From Tepidisphaerales bacterium (GTDB lineage Bacteria; Planctomycetota; Phycisphaerae; Tepidisphaerales; Tepidisphaeraceae), in the NCBI GenBank assembly GCA_038326995.1, contig JBBQKP010000001.1, positions 1 through 56,576 of the forward strand: a stretch of 56,576 nt of DNA. Reading direction: 5' to 3'. The notes under the pieces were generated by a model. It was not told the DNA's origin. It was given only the letters and a program-made list of their open reading frames with translations, and did not search any database. Numbering within the stretch: the stretch's first letter is position 1; each line of letters opens with the position of its first letter. Positions 43,170-53,300 of the stretch are shown in pieces. The translations under genes and the position numbers were made by a program.

Positions 43170-43282
43170 TGATGATAAAATGGGCAATATGTACTTGCGT
43201 TCTCGAAACTTAAAGGGTGTGGTGAAAGTCGAACTCTTTCGCGTCTAGAGCCTGAAAGAAAGAAGCCGACCCGATGGGCAGA

Positions 43283-43939
43283 TTATCGCGAAAGCGCATC
43301 GTTGATGGCTTGAATTACCTTCGGGTCGGTCGGCTTGGTGTTACTGCTCAGGCGGGCGAACACGACACCGTTCTTATCGACGAGAAATTTGGTGAAGTTC
43401 CAGCCGATCTCACCGGCGAATTCGCCATTGGTTTCCGGGCTGGTGAGGAATGTGTACAAAGGATGTTTCGATGCGCCTTTGACGACGACTTTGGACATCA
43501 TCGGAAACGAAACGCCGTAGTTCTTCTGGCAAAAGGTTGCGATCTCGGCGTTGCTGCCCGGGTCCTGGCTGCCGAAGTCATTGCTGGGAAAGCCCAGCAC
43601 AACGAAGTCTTTGCCCTCGTACTGCTTGTAGAGCTTTTCGAGAGATTCATATTGCGGGGTGAAGCCGCACTTGCTGGCGGTGTTCACGATAAGAACGACC
43701 TTGCCTTTGTACTGCGAGAGGTTCGCAGGCGCGCCCGTGATGTCGTCGGCTTGAAAGTCGAGCACGCTGCCCAGTTGATCGGTGGGCCGGGAATTTTGAT
43801 TGTCGGAATTCATGTTGAGAGTTTCAATCTTCGCAGGACTTGGAACGCCGATGATGGTTCTGCCCAGTATGTTTCGGATCACCCAGAAACCCAGGGCTCC
43901 GACGACAAGAACGACCAGAACGAGTGCGATGGTTGGCAA
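43283..43939 (-). CDS. glutathione peroxidase family protein (Cys type) with an N-terminal membrane anchor
   Basis: VLIVNTASKCGFTPQY, LGFPSNDFGSQDPG and GWNFTKFLVDKNG. The TTG start lies 5 nt after the upstream stop and gives the TM helix PTIALVLVVLVVGALGFWVI. An alternative internal ATG (MNSDNQ) would remove the anchor. Confidence 0.88.
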   Translation of the reverse strand: MPTIALVLVVLVVGALGFWVIRNILGRTIIGVPSPAKIETLNMNSDNQNSRPTDQLGSVLDFQADDITGAPANLSQYKGKVVLIVNTASKCGFTPQYESLEKLYKQYEGKDFVVLGFPSNDFGSQDPGSNAEIATFCQKNYGVSFPMMSKVVVKGASKHPLYTFLTSPETNGEFAGEIGWNFTKFLVDKNGVVFARLSSNTKPTDPKVIQAINDALSR

Positions 43940-43944
43940 CTTAC

Positions 43945-45573
43945 TTATGATGTGAGTGTAGGCGTGGATTTCGAATCGGGAGGAAGCGCGGATGCAGTCA
44001 ACGAATCGATCGATAATCGACGAACCATCGACTCGAGTCTATTGCGCGGCTGCAGTGCGTAAAACAGCTCGCGGTCAAAATATTGTGCGTCGAGCGCCTC
44101 GTCATGCTTCGAACGCCGCAGCCGAGCTTCCCAGGCGACGAGCCCCGGATCACTTGCGGCGGCGGCTTCCAGACGTGAGTGCATATCCTGGAATAGAGAG
44201 AAGCGGGCGACGGACTTCCTGGGGGCGGCTTCGATTTGCTGACGCATAACGTTTTTCTCATCTCCAAGGACCTCGTGCCAAAGCCGATGCCCTTCCATCA
44301 AGACGCACGGCACGCACGCACGCATCCGGCTAGCGGCGTCAGGGTGAAACAGCGTCGCCGTTACCACCGCGAACGGCGGCGGGGTGATCTTGAAGTAGGA
44401 GACGAAAATGCGATCCAGCACCTGATCGTAACGTCCACCGCCGATGCCGTGGACGAACAAATCGCACACGCACAGCCGCATGAAACAGGTGAGGGTGAGC
44501 GCGCGGGGCGCGATTCGGACATTGTTGATTCGGCAAAACTCGGCGAGTTGCCGGGCTGCATCGTCGAGCGAAATATCGCGTAGTAATTCGATAGATTCCC
44601 CCGACTTGGGCGATGTCAGCATCGCGCCGCCCGGCGTTTCGTGCACGGTGAGTCGCTCGCGGCGACCCGTATCAAGCGAATCGAGCCAGAAGGGCATTTC
44701 GATCGAATTTCCGACCATCGCCAGATCGGGCATCGGGCGGGTGGACGAATCGATTTGTTGCTCAGCGCGGTAGTCGATGAGGGCTTTGTTGTAAGCAAGT
44801 GAGAAACACGCCGCATCGGCAAGGAGGTGATGCACGAAGCCCAGCCATGCGGTCGAGCGCAGCACCGGCGAGAGCATTGTCAGCTGATATTCCAGCCCGA
44901 GTGACCAGTCGAGCTTGTGCATACTGCTGGCGAGCAGCGAGGGAAGTTCGGCGTTCTCGTGGCCGTCCAGGGCGAAGGACCGCATGTCGGCAAGCGTGTC
45001 GAGAACGACCGGCACAAATGTCTGTTGGTCGGCCCATTTCTGAGCGGCGTCTTCAAGTTTTTCGAGGTGGGCGGGAGTGGGCGCGATGAGCAGGCCGGTC
45101 CATTTCGCGATGGATAGTTGCGGGTCATCGGTGATGGGAAGCGAGTCAGAGCCAAGGCGAAGTTTGAGGTGCTTGGGAGCATCGGTATCGACTGCAAGGT
45201 GCACCGCCGTCGCACCGACGCCGAGGTGTTTTGCCAGTTGATCGATCGCGATGTTCTTTGCCCACACACCCGGATGATGCAGTTCGCATTGGTGCCCGGT
45301 CATGATCAGCGGCGCGGTGGAACGATGCCCGAAGAACTCGCGCGCGAGGCATCTGAGGTCGGCCAGCGTCATGTCTTTGATCAGGCCCGTTGAGGCATCG
45401 AAAATAGGTGTCGCATCGCGAGCCTGCTGCATCGCCTGGATAGGGTCGGGCCAGAACAACGTTTCGCCATCGCTCTTTGGCGCTTTCCAATCCGAATAAC
45501 GGCCGCCCAGCGAATCGAGATTCGAATCGCGTCGAGCTTGGTGAGAAGATGTCGAAGTATCAGCAAGCGGCAT
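43945..45573 (-). CDS. uncharacterised 542-aa protein, distant BshC-like (putative cysteine-ligase superfamily) by motif order
   Basis: LIMTGHQCELHHPGVWAKNIAIDQLAK and NVRIAPRALTLT...HGIGGGRYDQV...ITPPPFAVVTATL occur at about the same relative positions as BshC GGQQAGLLTGPLYTIHK...LAK and NVVTRPLMQEF..AGPGEINYWGEL..KMPPVMPRLNITIL (B. subtilis YllA, 539 aa, recalled from memory). The similarity is weak. Confidence 0.45.
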   Translation of the reverse strand: MPLADTSTSSHQARRDSNLDSLGGRYSDWKAPKSDGETLFWPDPIQAMQQARDATPIFDASTGLIKDMTLADLRCLAREFFGHRSTAPLIMTGHQCELHHPGVWAKNIAIDQLAKHLGVGATAVHLAVDTDAPKHLKLRLGSDSLPITDDPQLSIAKWTGLLIAPTPAHLEKLEDAAQKWADQQTFVPVVLDTLADMRSFALDGHENAELPSLLASSMHKLDWSLGLEYQLTMLSPVLRSTAWLGFVHHLLADAACFSLAYNKALIDYRAEQQIDSSTRPMPDLAMVGNSIEMPFWLDSLDTGRRERLTVHETPGGAMLTSPKSGESIELLRDISLDDAARQLAEFCRINNVRIAPRALTLTCFMRLCVCDLFVHGIGGGRYDQVLDRIFVSYFKITPPPFAVVTATLFHPDAASRMRACVPCVLMEGHRLWHEVLGDEKNVMRQQIEAAPRKSVARFSLFQDMHSRLEAAAASDPGLVAWEARLRRSKHDEALDAQYFDRELFYALQPRNRLESMVRRLSIDSLTASALPPDSKSTPTLTS

Positions 45574-45603
45574 GAAATCATGAAGAGCAGAAGGAGGAGT
45601 AGT

Positions 45604-46449
45604 TCACCGACACCCGCAGCCCGATCCGCAAGGCTCCGCACGTGTTGGCAAAAGGAGCTTCTGGGCGGGCGCTGCTCGCTGGGCATGATCGACAGATATT
45701 TCGGACATCGGCGTATCAAGAGTGTCGTGAACCGTCGGCCGATGCATGCGAACGAATTCGGCGTTGAGCACTTCCAGGTAGTGCTCGAGTCGCTTCTTCG
45801 CGACATCCAGGCCGTTGCCGAACGTGCGATTGAGATCATTGTAGATCCGCCGCACCGGCAGTTCTGTCATCCGCAGTCCTTGCTCTGCAACCCGAGGCCA
45901 AAATTGCAGTGGAAACGCGTAGCCGGTTTCAGACATTGCGAGCTTCATCATTGACGAAGTGCGGTGTGCTTTAAAGCCGCAGAACGCGTCTGTGAGCGGC
46001 GTCTTTAGCTCGCTGCCCAGTTCGCGATTGATGATGCGTGTGATGCGAAGGTTGATGTCACGCCGTTCGGGCGGGGGAAGATCGTTACTGGCATGATGGG
46101 CGATGTATCGCGAGCCGGAGATCAGGTCGTGCTGATCGGCACGAATGAGTTCGATGAAGTCTGGGATGTCCGATGCCTCGTGCTGCCCGTCGGCGTCCAT
46201 GGTGATGACCCAGTCGAAATTTTTCGCGTGAGCATAATCAAATGCGTCAATAAGAGACTGACCATAACCTTTGTTGGTTTGATGCTTAATGAAGCGCACC
46301 TGAGGTTTGCTGGAGAGAAGTTCGACCGTTTGATCGGTGCTGCCATCATCGACGACGAGAATTTCATCAGCAAACTCAACAACTCGGTCAATCACGCGAG
46401 CGAGATTACTTGCTTCATTATAGGAGGGTATGGCGATAAGAAGTTTCAT
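45604..46449 (-). CDS. family 2 glycosyltransferase (DPM1/GtrB-like)
   Basis: MKLLIAIPSYNEASNL...VVDDGSTDQT...NKGYGQS...ITMDADGQHE. GGAGA lies 8 nt upstream of ATG 46449. The listed ORF extension to 46665 has no homology. Confidence 0.88.
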   Translation of the reverse strand: MKLLIAIPSYNEASNLARVIDRVVEFADEILVVDDGSTDQTVELLSSKPQVRFIKHQTNKGYGQSLIDAFDYAHAKNFDWVITMDADGQHEASDIPDFIELIRADQHDLISGSRYIAHHASNDLPPPERRDINLRITRIINRELGSELKTPLTDAFCGFKAHRTSSMMKLAMSETGYAFPLQFWPRVAEQGLRMTELPVRRIYNDLNRTFGNGLDVAKKRLEHYLEVLNAEFVRMHRPTVHDTLDTPMSEISVDHAQRAAPAQKLLLPTRAEPCGSGCGCR

Positions 46450-46685
46450 ACGCGAAGTCTCCTGTTTCTGCAGATACAGTGGAAAAGAACCTTGTTTCAG
46501 ACGATCAAGGTACGTTCGTGTGGGGTTCGAAGCGCATATCGATGCGTGTTCATAGCCAGTTTCGCCCCGCTGACGGCGAAGCATCTTAGCCGCAGAAACG
46601 TCCGCGGGCGATGTGGATCTTGAAAATTCAAAAACGAGCCGGATCACGAAGTTCCGACTGGCCACGGATTCTCGATGCCGTCAAC

Positions 46686-47423
46686 TCAAGGCATCATTGA
46701 TTCCCACGACTGGATGCGTTTTGGGTGGTAAGTGACGTCCTGAAGCTCGGGTTTGTCCATCAGCACCACGTGATTATCACCAAAAAGCAGGTTGTTGCCG
46801 TTGCGGTGAAGATTGCGTCCGTCCTGCTCACCTTTGAAGAGGACGCCCTTTTGCGAGGCGTCGTCTTTGTCGGCGTCATCTATAGAAAATGATGACGCGA
46901 CGCCGAAGACGGGCGGATAAAGCCTCGGCTGCGTACAATCACCGGCGATTACGAATGAGGACGACAGCCGGATTTCGCCAAAGCGAAGAGTCCTTCGTGC
47001 GTTGAGAAACTGGTGCCGAACGGAGAGAAAATAGTTGAATCGATTTTCTTCCGGGAAGCTGGGGCATTGGTAGCCATCGGAGGACGGCTTGGTGTAATAG
47101 CGTTCGAGTTGTTCTGTCCATGCGAGCCCGGCATCGTCATCGCCTGTACCGTCGCCGCCGTAGGTTTGCCAGCCTGACCATGACGGCACGTTGTCTTTGA
47201 AGCTGAGAGAATAGAGCCTCAGGCCGTTGCCCAGCTCGCGTAGACGAGAAGCGCACTGCGTGGCACGTGCGCTCTCACGGGCCCGCTGCGCCATTGGCAA
47301 AAGCAGGCCGATGAGAATCGCGATGATTCCGATGACGACCAGGAGCTCGATGAGGGAAAAGCCAAGCGAACGGCGGTGAAGATGGCGGTATCCTGGGCCG
47401 GCTAATTCGTTTGCTATTGTCAT
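46686..47423 (-). CDS. prepilin-type N-terminal cleavage/methylation domain protein, DUF1559-like (Planctomycete pseudopilin-like family)
   Basis: [45 protein letters not shown], plus a C-terminal ..[12 protein letters not shown] motif. Confidence 0.88.
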   Translation of the reverse strand: MTIANELAGPGYRHLHRRSLGFSLIELLVVIGIIAILIGLLLPMAQRARESARATQCASRLRELGNGLRLYSLSFKDNVPSWSGWQTYGGDGTGDDDAGLAWTEQLERYYTKPSSDGYQCPSFPEENRFNYFLSVRHQFLNARRTLRFGEIRLSSSFVIAGDCTQPRLYPPVFGVASSFSIDDADKDDASQKGVLFKGEQDGRNLHRNGNNLLFGDNHVVLMDKPELQDVTYHPKRIQSWESMMP

Positions 47424-47458
47424 GATTGCAATGGTACCGGCCGGGGACTTAAAAATCT

Positions 47459-48268
47459 CTACCTCGGTTGGGCTGGGGCGTCGGTAACACGCGGGGCAAG
47501 CATCCGTCGTGCCAGTAGATACCCGATCGCCGCACCGCCGAGGTGGGCGGCCTCACCACCGGCGTTGTTTCGCTGCGCCTGATACCCGGCCCCGAAAACG
47601 ACGGCGCACGCGACGGCGATCATGATCATCACGAACTGCCGCAGCAGCATCGGGATCGGCGGGAAGATCAGCTCGATCTCTTCGTTGGGCGCGACCACCG
47701 CCGCGGCGACCAGCACGCCGAACACGCCCGCCGACGCACCCACCAGCGGCTGACTTGTCCAACCCGGGTCGATCAATACGCCAAGCCTATTCAGCAGCAT
47801 CAGCATGATCGGCCCGGCCACCCCACAGGCGAGGTAGAACACGACAAACCGGGCTGCCCTCATCTTTTCCTCGACGACCGGCGCGATCATCCAAAGCATC
47901 GCCATGTTAAAGCCCAGGTGCATCAGGCCGTGCGGATTATGCAGAAACTGAAATGTGACAAACCGCCAGATTTGTCCTTGCAGGATCGTCTGGTTGAAGT
48001 TGAAGTTGCCCAGCGCAAAGAGAAGGCCCGAGGTCGTCAGATTGCCTTGCGGCGTCTGGACGACCTGCATGGTGAACATGTTCACCGCATAGACGGCGAC
48101 ATTTGCCAGAATGATCCATGTTGACGCAAGTGCCCGCCGCGGAACGGCAACCGAGCCGGATGCAGTTGGCATTCCATTTGTTTTGGTGCTTGAAGAAGCA
48201 CCCGGACGGACCTCGGGACCTGCTTCGGTCGGGATCGGCATGGCCATAACGATACAACATGCGCCCAC
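47459..48268 (-). CDS. rhomboid family intramembrane serine protease
   Basis: [22 protein letters not shown] and the catalytic GASAGVFG, in a multi-TM protein. The start is uncertain (several in-frame Met in the first 35 codons). Confidence 0.88.
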   Translation of the reverse strand: MGACCIVMAMPIPTEAGPEVRPGASSSTKTNGMPTASGSVAVPRRALASTWIILANVAVYAVNMFTMQVVQTPQGNLTTSGLLFALGNFNFNQTILQGQIWRFVTFQFLHNPHGLMHLGFNMAMLWMIAPVVEEKMRAARFVVFYLACGVAGPIMLMLLNRLGVLIDPGWTSQPLVGASAGVFGVLVAAAVVAPNEEIELIFPPIPMLLRQFVMIMIAVACAVVFGAGYQAQRNNAGGEAAHLGGAAIGYLLARRMLAPRVTDAPAQPR

Positions 48269-48311
48269 ATAAGAAACGGTGCGGCGCGGCCGAGAAACAA
48301 CAATGATCGAA

Positions 48312-50312
48312 CTAAGACGCTTTACGCAGTTCGTGCGGTCCGTCTTTCGTCAGACGCAGGATCATCTCGCACAGCGCAACGCGGTCGACGGGTTTGGTCG
48401 CGTAGTCGTCGCAACCCGCCGCGATGCAGCGCTGTCGGTCGCCCGGCATCGAGTGCGCGGTTATTGCGATGATTGGTAAGGACAACCCCGCGGCGCGGAG
48501 CTGTGTCGCGGCGGAGTAACCGTCGAGTTCGGGCATCTGCATGTCCATCAATACCAGGTCGACTTGCCCTGTCTTTGGTGCAGTCAGAAGGTTAAACGCG
48601 ATCTGGCCATTCTCCGCGGTCAAAATATTCGCACCGAGCTTGCCCAGCAGCCTAGTCAGGAGCGCGCGGTTGTCGGCGGCATCATCCACAACCATTATCA
48701 AGAGATTTTTCAGCGGCTGCGATTGTCTGGCGGTGTCGGACTGGTGAATGCGGCTCGCACCAACAACGGGCATGAGGGTTAGCTTCTGGTTCCTCAAATC
48801 GATTCGTAACGCCAAGCGGCTGCCTTTGCCGACGGTGCTACTGGCGCGAATCGTCCCACCGATGACGCCGGCCTGTCGCTGGCTGATCGCAAGCCCGAGC
48901 CCCATGCCCGAGAATTGCCTGGTAAGTGAACTGTCCGCCTGCTCGAAGGGCTTAAAAAGTTTACTGAGAACGGCGTCGTCCATGCCGATGCCTGTGTCAC
49001 TAACTACGAATTCAATGTGTTTTTTGTTATTGATTTCCAGATAGTTCAGTGCGAGTTCGATTGAGCCGGAGCCTGTGAACTTGATTGCGTTGTTAAGAAG
49101 CTGATCTAAAATCTGCCTAAGGCGGTCCTCATCGGAATGGATCGTCTGGGGCAAAAGGATGTCGGTGGTCAGGCGAATCTGCACGCCGGATGTGCCCGCG
49201 CGAGTTCGGGCAGACTGAAGCGCGGCGGAAGCGATTGTCAGCGGCGAAACGTCGGCGAGGTTTGGCGTCACTTCGCCGCCTTCCAGACGCGTGAACTCCA
49301 GGACACTATTAACCACCTGAAGAAGATTTTGACCGTTGCGGTGAATCGTTTCGGAGGCGACGAGTCGCTGGTCATGGCTCGATGTGGAATCCTGCAGCAA
49401 TTCCGCGAAACCCATGACCGCGGTCAGGGGCGTGCGCAACTCGTGAGACATATTGATCAAGAACGCATCTTTCGTTCGCGCGGCGGCGCGTGCTTTGCCG
49501 TTTGCAATGACCAGTTGTGCTTCGGTCCGCTTTCGGCGTTCAAGATTGATGAGCAATAAGCCTGTCCCGACGTAGCCGCTTAGGATCAGCGCGCTCAGCG
49601 AGCCGAACAACGCGATCGAAACCATCCGCGCCCGGCGAATCGTCGCGATCCATTCGGCTGCGGAGTAGTCCACACCCAGGATTGCCTCGACCTTTCCCTC
49701 ATCGTCGAAAATCGGGCATGTGGCGCTGACCCATGTTCCCCACTTGTCGGTGTAGATGTCGCCGTCGAAGACGTACTCACCCGCCATTGATCGGCGAAAG
49801 GCGTCGGTGTTTTCTGTTTCGTACGCGTAGCCGATTGCGGTGCGTTCTTCGCGAGGGTCGTCGATCGCGCCGCTGCGATCGTAATCGGTTTCGCTGTCCA
49901 CGATGAATCTAAATCCGCCATACTGCCCCGGGCGCATGGTGTAGATGTCTGCGACCACCGGATTGATTTCCAGCATCCTCCGCTGCATTCGGATGAGCTT
50001 GAGATAGGTCTGATCATCGGAAGACGTACTTGTATTGATGGAGGCGTGGCCCGACTCTTTCATCGATTGGGCGTAGGTCGGCGCGATGGCGCGGAGATTG
50101 TTTTTGACGCGATTAATTTCAAATGTCTCGGCCGCGCGAGAAAAGGCTGAACCCACGAGCAGCGTCAGGAATATCGCAACAGCTGCCACTGCGACGATTT
50201 TCGGGCAAAACGATCTTCGAAGAAGAAATTCCGAGACGGCGACGAAAATAACGATAACCGCGCTGCAAAAGAGCAGGTATTCGATCGAGAAACTGAACGG
50301 GGCGATGCTCAT
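48312..50312 (-). CDS. hybrid sensor histidine kinase/response regulator with a periplasmic Cache-like sensor
   Basis: Two TM helices flank a domain ending DKWGTWVSATCPIFDDEGKVEAILGVDYS (Cache-like). HisKA INMSHELRTPL, a HATPase (GMGLGLAIS), and a REC domain (MVVDDAADNR...DLVLMDMQMPELDGY). Confidence 0.93.
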   Translation of the reverse strand: MSIAPFSFSIEYLLFCSAVIVIFVAVSEFLLRRSFCPKIVAVAAVAIFLTLLVGSAFSRAAETFEINRVKNNLRAIAPTYAQSMKESGHASINTSTSSDDQTYLKLIRMQRRMLEINPVVADIYTMRPGQYGGFRFIVDSETDYDRSGAIDDPREERTAIGYAYETENTDAFRRSMAGEYVFDGDIYTDKWGTWVSATCPIFDDEGKVEAILGVDYSAAEWIATIRRARMVSIALFGSLSALILSGYVGTGLLLINLERRKRTEAQLVIANGKARAAARTKDAFLINMSHELRTPLTAVMGFAELLQDSTSSHDQRLVASETIHRNGQNLLQVVNSVLEFTRLEGGEVTPNLADVSPLTIASAALQSARTRAGTSGVQIRLTTDILLPQTIHSDEDRLRQILDQLLNNAIKFTGSGSIELALNYLEINNKKHIEFVVSDTGIGMDDAVLSKLFKPFEQADSSLTRQFSGMGLGLAISQRQAGVIGGTIRASSTVGKGSRLALRIDLRNQKLTLMPVVGASRIHQSDTARQSQPLKNLLIMVVDDAADNRALLTRLLGKLGANILTAENGQIAFNLLTAPKTGQVDLVLMDMQMPELDGYSAATQLRAAGLSLPIIAITAHSMPGDRQRCIAAGCDDYATKPVDRVALCEMILRLTKDGPHELRKAS

Positions 50313-50342
50313 GAGATTCGGTCTAGCGAAAAATTCAGAGGT

Positions 50343-53300
50343 TCAGGCCGTCACGACGCGGGAGTTGCAGGCGCTAAGGATGACTTGTGACATCTGGCCG
50401 GGCTGAATGGGTTTGGTCATGTAGTCATCACAACCGGCGGCGAGGCATTTTTCGCGGTCGCCCGACATCGCATGCGCGGTCAGCGCGATGACGGGCGTAT
50501 CGATTCCTTGCCGGCGAATCTCGCGTGTCGCGGCGTAGCCGTCTAAAACGGGCATTTGCATGTCCATGAGCACGGCGTCGAAGGGCTTGCCCTGTGCGAT
50601 GGCGTTTTGAATTGCGTCGATACCGAGCTGGCCGTTGTCGGCAATTGCGAAGTGTGCCCCCACGCGTTTGAGATGAAAGCCGATGAGCTTTTGATTGTCC
50701 GGGCCGTCCTCGACGAGCAGAATCCGCATGCCCTTGATGCACTGCGTCGTTTGCTTACCCTCACTTAATTTGTTGTCGCGGGTGTCGGCCGATTCGGGCG
50801 TTTTATTCGAGGCGGGCTCAAAGAGGGTCGAAGTGTCCGGGTCCACCGGAAGGATCAATGAAAACGTGCTGCCGTCTTGCGGAGTGGATTCGACTTTGAT
50901 CTCCCCGCCCAGCAGTCGGGCCAGACGAACGGATATCGCGAGTCCCAGGCCCGTTCCGCCGAACCTGCGACTGGTGGAGGTATCCGCCTGGACGAAGGGG
51001 CTGAAGATGCGTTGTCGCTGTTCTTCAGTCATGCCGATGCCGGTGTCAATAACGTCGAATCGAATGATGGATTGGATCGGTTCGAACTGCAGTCGGACTC
51101 GCACATGACCTACTTCGGTGAACTTAATCGCGTTTCCGATCAGATTCATAAGAATCTGTCGCAGGCGTGTGGGGTCGGTTTTGATGTTAAACGGAAGCGG
51201 GCTGGCTTCTTCGATCGTTAGACCGATTCCCTTGCTGACCGCACGCACGCGCAGGAGATCGGCGATGTCGTTGACCTTTGACACGGGATGGGTGTCGATG
51301 GATTCGCACTCGAGCTTTCCAGCCTCAATCTTCGAGAGGTCCAGAATATCGTTGATGATGCTGAGCAAGTGTTCAGCGTTTCGCCTGATCGTGTTGACGT
51401 ACTCCAGACGATTTTCAAGCGAACAATCTTCCTCGCCGAGCAGATCGCTGAATCCAAGGATCGCAGTCATGGGCGTGCGAAGCTCGTGGCTCATGTTTGC
51501 CAGGAACTCGCTCTTGGCGGCATTGGCGGCGTTGGCGGCGTCGCGTGCCGCGTCGAGCTTGGCGTCGATCGACTTGCGCTGAGTCACGTCCTGGCTCGTC
51601 CCGGCCATGCGGAGTGCACGCCCGCTCTCATCTCGAACCATGATGCGCCCGCGGGCGCAGATCCAAACGTCGTGACCGCCCGCGTGCTTCATTCGAAATT
51701 CAGATTCGAAATATTCTGTTTTTTTCCGGTCATGTTCGTCCAACTGTCTTAGAACACGTTCGACATCCCGTGGGTCGGTGAGTCTTTTCCAGCTTTCGAT
51801 GGTGCTCGGGAAATCGTCGCGGTTAAAGCCCAGCAGCGCGGTCCACTTTTCGTTGATCGCGATGTCGCCGGTACCCATATCCCAGTCCCAGAAACCTGAC
51901 CCCGTACCGTCGACTGCGAGTTGAAGATGCTCGCGGCTGCTCGCGATTTCACTCAGCATTCCTATTGCCTGTTCCTTGGCAATCTGGAGTGCATTCAGTG
52001 CTACGCATTCGATGGAAATATCCTGGTTTGTGCCGACCATTCGAACCGGGCTTCCTTCATCGTCGCGAACACTGACTTTTCCCCGTGATCGCACGTGTGC
52101 GTATGAACCGTCTGCGCGGCGAAGGCGAAGTTCGGTCTGAAACGCAGTGGATTCGCCCGAGAAGTGCCTTTCGATAGCGGATTCGAGCAGATTCCGGTCG
52201 TCCACGTGGATCAAATTTTCAAATAGCATAAGCGAAGTCTCGCTCGCGCCGGGGTAGCCCAGCATGGTGTGCCAGCGCTCGCTTGTGGTGACTCGTCCAC
52301 TGGGGATGTGCCAGTCCCAAAGGGCGTCTTCGGTGGCCAGAAGTGCCATCGCGTATCGTTCTTCGCTGAGTTTTAGGGCATGGAGTGAATTGGTCTGCTG
52401 GGTGATGTCGATCGCATTGAAAATAAAGCTCAGGGTCAGCCCGTCGGCACCCAGAACAGGCGCTCCGCCGATGGAGAGCACGACTCGCGAGCCGTCGGGC
52501 TTTCGAATCGCCACCACGTGGTCGCGGATCGCCTGATTTGTTTGCCGGACGATGGAGAAAGGCATTTGCTCTTCGGGGATTGGGTTGCCGTCGAGCGTTT
52601 CGTGGATCCAGCAGGGGGCGTTATACATCGTCCCTTCCATGTGCACGATGCCCAAAATCTCCGCAGCCGACTGGTTGGCGCGAATGATCTCACCGTCTTT
52701 TGAGAGTTCGACTATGGCGCTGGTGCTGCAGTCCGTCAGGGCCTGCAGGCGGTTGCGTTTTTCCTCGAATCGCCGGTCGTCGGCGACGCGGTTTGAGGCG
52801 TCAGAGCTGACCTTACTGAATCCGATACAGCGCCCCGAATCGTCGGTGATGCTGCGAACGGAATAGTTGACCCAGATGATCGTGCCGTCTTTACGGATGC
52901 GCTGAGCCGTGCCCGCTGTTTCGCCGTTGCGGCGTGCGTTTTCGAGTTCGAGCTCGGGATAGCCTAAATTTCGGTCACCATCCGTGAAGAGCATCGCAAA
53001 GGATTTGCCAAGAATCTCCTGTGCCTCATAGCCGAAAATCATTCGCACGCCCGGGTTCCAGCTCTGAATGATTCCGTTCTCGTCGAGCATCAAAACCAGA
53101 TGGTCTTTGATGTTGCTCAACAACGTCGTGAGGCGCAAGTCGGTGGTCAGGCGACGCTGATCAGATTCTTCACGGGCCGTCGATTCGGTCTGGAGTTGCC
53201 GATTGATGCGTTTGAGCTCGATCAGTTGACCAACTTGCCTGCTGAGCGTGCCAAGCGCTTCGATCTGGCATGGCGTGAAATCGCGGGGGCGGGTGTCGAT

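Noticed and set aside
43002-43187. 61-aa minus-strand ORF in the rpoD upstream gap
   Set aside because: It has no RBS and no recognisable motif, and it overlaps the candidate promoter. It is more likely untranslated leader.
43527-43540. tggcaaaaggttgc, resembling a sigma-54 -24/-12 promoter (TGGCAC-N5-TTGC)
   Set aside because: The GG-to-GC spacing is one base short. It also lies inside, and antisense to, the peroxidase coding sequence with no downstream plus-strand gene. I also scanned by eye the regions upstream of 22730, 29065, 37647, 18254 and 54019 and found no convincing -24/-12 element.
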